Origin: Alphaproteobacteria bacterium
GTDB lineage: Bacteria > Pseudomonadota > Alphaproteobacteria > SHVR01
Reading direction: 5' to 3'
Length of the DNA: 64,000 bases
Assembly: GCA_009694185.1 (NCBI GenBank)
Contig: SHVR01000003.1
Location: 15,058-79,057 of the forward strand
The position numbers and the translations under genes are program-made. The notes under the pieces were generated by a model, which made no database searches, was not told the origin of the DNA, and was given only the letters and a program-made list of their open reading frames with translations. Within the stretch, counting starts at the first letter, position 1. Each line of letters opens with the position of its first letter. This document shows, one piece after another, positions 62,594-64,000 of this stretch.

Positions 62594-63523
62594 CTAATAG
62601 ACCGGTCGAAGCCATTCGCCATGGGCATTGGAGTGGCCGCGCACCAGATCGTCATAGCGCTTCTGCAAGGCGCGGGTGAGGGGGCCGGGGGTGCCGGCGC
62701 CGACCGCCATGCGGTCGACGCTCACGATCGGGGTGATTTCGTGGCCGGTGCCGCAATAGAAGACTTCGTCGGCGATATAGAGCTCGGTCCGATCGATGTC
62801 GCGCTCGGCACTTGCGATGCCGTCTTCAAGTGCCAGGTTCAGTAGTGTTTCACGTGTAACACTCTCCAGTATACCACTGGTGACACCGGGCGTGATCAGG
62901 CGGCCGCCCCGGACGATGAAGATGCAGCCGCCCGGCCCCTCGGCGACCGTGCCCCGCTCGGTCAGGATGATGGCGCCGTGATAATTGTTGGTTTTGGCCT
63001 CGAGGCCCGCCAGCCGGCCGTTCAGATAGTTGGCCGTCGATTTCGAGCGTGGCGGGCTGGCATTGTCCGACAGGCGCCGCCAGGAACTCACACAGAAATT
63101 CTGGCCCGTGGTGAAGCCCGGTGCCCGGGGCCTCGGGCGCGTGACGATGGTCGTGCTGACCGGTCCCTGGGTGGTCATTTCGCCCCATTCGTCGACGAAA
63201 GCGTTGAGGCGGATATAGGTGTCCTCCCGGTAGCCGTTGGCGCGAATGTCGGCGACGATCTGGTCGCCAAGCTCGGCCACGGCCGGCATGGGGTCGAAAC
63301 GCAGCATGCGCATGGAGAAGGCCAGGCGCTTCAGATGCTCGTCCAGGCGGAAGATGTAGAGTTGGCTCGCCGAAGCGTTCCAATAGGCGCGGATGCCCTC
63401 GAACACCGCCGCCGCATAATTGAGGCCGGGCGCCATGATCGGCACGGTCGCCTGGGCGTAAGGCATTTGCCGGCCGTTCATGGTGACGGTCTTGATTCGG
63501 GCGCGGATATCGTCCTCGACCAT
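62594..63523 (-). CDS. Branched-chain amino acid aminotransferase (class IV PLP enzyme, IlvE-like)
   Basis: Start MVEDDIRARIKTVTMNGRQMPYAQATVPIMAPGLNYAAAVFEGIRAYWN (ATG 63523, ggggag 8 nt upstream). Class IV aminotransferase pattern throughout. Confidence 0.85.
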   Translation of the reverse strand: MVEDDIRARIKTVTMNGRQMPYAQATVPIMAPGLNYAAAVFEGIRAYWNASASQLYIFRLDEHLKRLAFSMRMLRFDPMPAVAELGDQIVADIRANGYREDTYIRLNAFVDEWGEMTTQGPVSTTIVTRPRPRAPGFTTGQNFCVSSWRRLSDNASPPRSKSTANYLNGRLAGLEAKTNNYHGAIILTERGTVAEGPGGCIFIVRGGRLITPGVTSGILESVTRETLLNLALEDGIASAERDIDRTELYIADEVFYCGTGHEITPIVSVDRMAVGAGTPGPLTRALQKRYDDLVRGHSNAHGEWLRPVY

Positions 63524-63573
63524 GCTACTGACTCCCCTGAAATCCATCGGCGCTGGAGTATAGCGGAAGCGGC

Positions 63574-64000
63574 ATGACATCTCTGCCCATTGACAGCGTG
63601 TTGGGCGAACTCGGGCGCGCGCTCGAAACGCCGGGTGTCGCGGTCTTGCAGGCGCCGCCCGGTGCCGGCAAGACGACCGGCGCGCCGCTCTTCCTGCTTA
63701 AGGCGCCCTGGCTCGGGGGCCAGCGCATCGTCATGCTGGAGCCGCGCCGGTTGGCGGCCCGCATGGCGGCCCGCCGCATGGGCCAGATGCTCGGCGAAGC
63801 GGTGGGCGAGACCGTCGGCTATCGGGTGCGCATGGAGAGCCGTGTGGGTCCCAGCACCCGGATCGAGGTGGTGACCGACGGCCTCTTTACCCGCATGGTC
63901 CAGGGCGATCCGGGCCTTGAAGGGATCGGTGCCGTCATCTTCGACGAGTTTCACGAGCGCCGCCTGGAGAGCGATCTCGGTCTCGCCTTGTGCCTGGAAG
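63574..64000 (+). CDS. hrpB: ATP-dependent helicase HrpB, N-terminal fragment (runs off the right edge)
   Basis: My translation from ATG 63574 gives [42 protein letters not shown]...[38 protein letters not shown]...[22 protein letters not shown] (Walker A and DEFH box). Not in the ORF track because there is no stop in the window. Confidence 0.9.
   Translation, partial: MTSLPIDSVLGELGRALETPGVAVLQAPPGAGKTTGAPLFLLKAPWLGGQRIVMLEPRRLAARMAARRMGQMLGEAVGETVGYRVRMESRVGPSTRIEVVTDGLFTRMVQGDPGLEGIGAVIFDEFHERRLESDLGLALCLE

Overview
High-GC bacterial chromosomal segment (roughly two thirds G+C by eye). It is probably alphaproteobacterial, an inference from a stand-alone NDUFS4-like ETC protein, DUF1491, a eukaryote-type NADP isocitrate dehydrogenase, and a nested palindromic repeat translating as ...WIASSLRSSQ..., a type common in Bradyrhizobium/Rhodopseudomonas-like genomes. 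I can support about 55 protein genes, 2 tRNAs and several repeat elements.

Left third (2.7-20.6 kb): a dense amide/peptide-nitrogen catabolism neighbourhood. It holds a hydantoinase/oxoprolinase A+B pair, an M19 dipeptidase, an M20 amidohydrolase and a peptide-type ABC importer. It also holds two amidase-signature enzymes, each preceded by a 66-aa GatC/AtzG-like ORF, and an LLM oxidoreductase.

Middle: tRNA-Pro, an NDUFS4-like gene and tRNA-Arg, then a small accessory patch (brnTA, a frameshifted RTX calcium-binding protein, a PhyH dioxygenase). These are followed by a 1248-aa PAS/GAF hybrid histidine kinase, a MaoC/cupin/CoA-transferase set, two TRAP binding proteins plus dctQM, alaS and icd.

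Right third: efflux pumps (MFS, MATE), an MlrC-like peptidase, selO and two more LLM oxidoreductases. Also present are a secreted caspase-SH3-Sel1 protein, a second CoA-transferase, an acyl-CoA synthetase, a PhaC-like enzyme, a beta carbonic anhydrase, an ilvE-like aminotransferase and the start of hrpB.

Two real genes are absent from the ORF track because they run off the window edges: a Lon-like protease (1..2316, minus) and hrpB (63574..64000, plus). Most very long ORFs antisense to these genes are GC-driven shadow ORFs. I see no CRISPR array, transposase, integrase, rRNA or recognisable complete defence system.

Best leads:
1. A diverged ~94-bp direct repeat (tRNA-Arg 3' end plus RTX gene start) bracketing the brnTA cassette.
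2. Two adjacent perfect tandem repeats (13 bp x5 intergenic, 15 bp x3 coding) at a small Cys-rich exported protein.
3. The paired amidase/66-aa-ORF modules.
4. A compositionally mosaic caspase-SH3-Sel1 gene.
5. A 460-bp gene-free gap between convergent genes with a perfect 12-bp hairpin and CCUCC motifs, a candidate sRNA.
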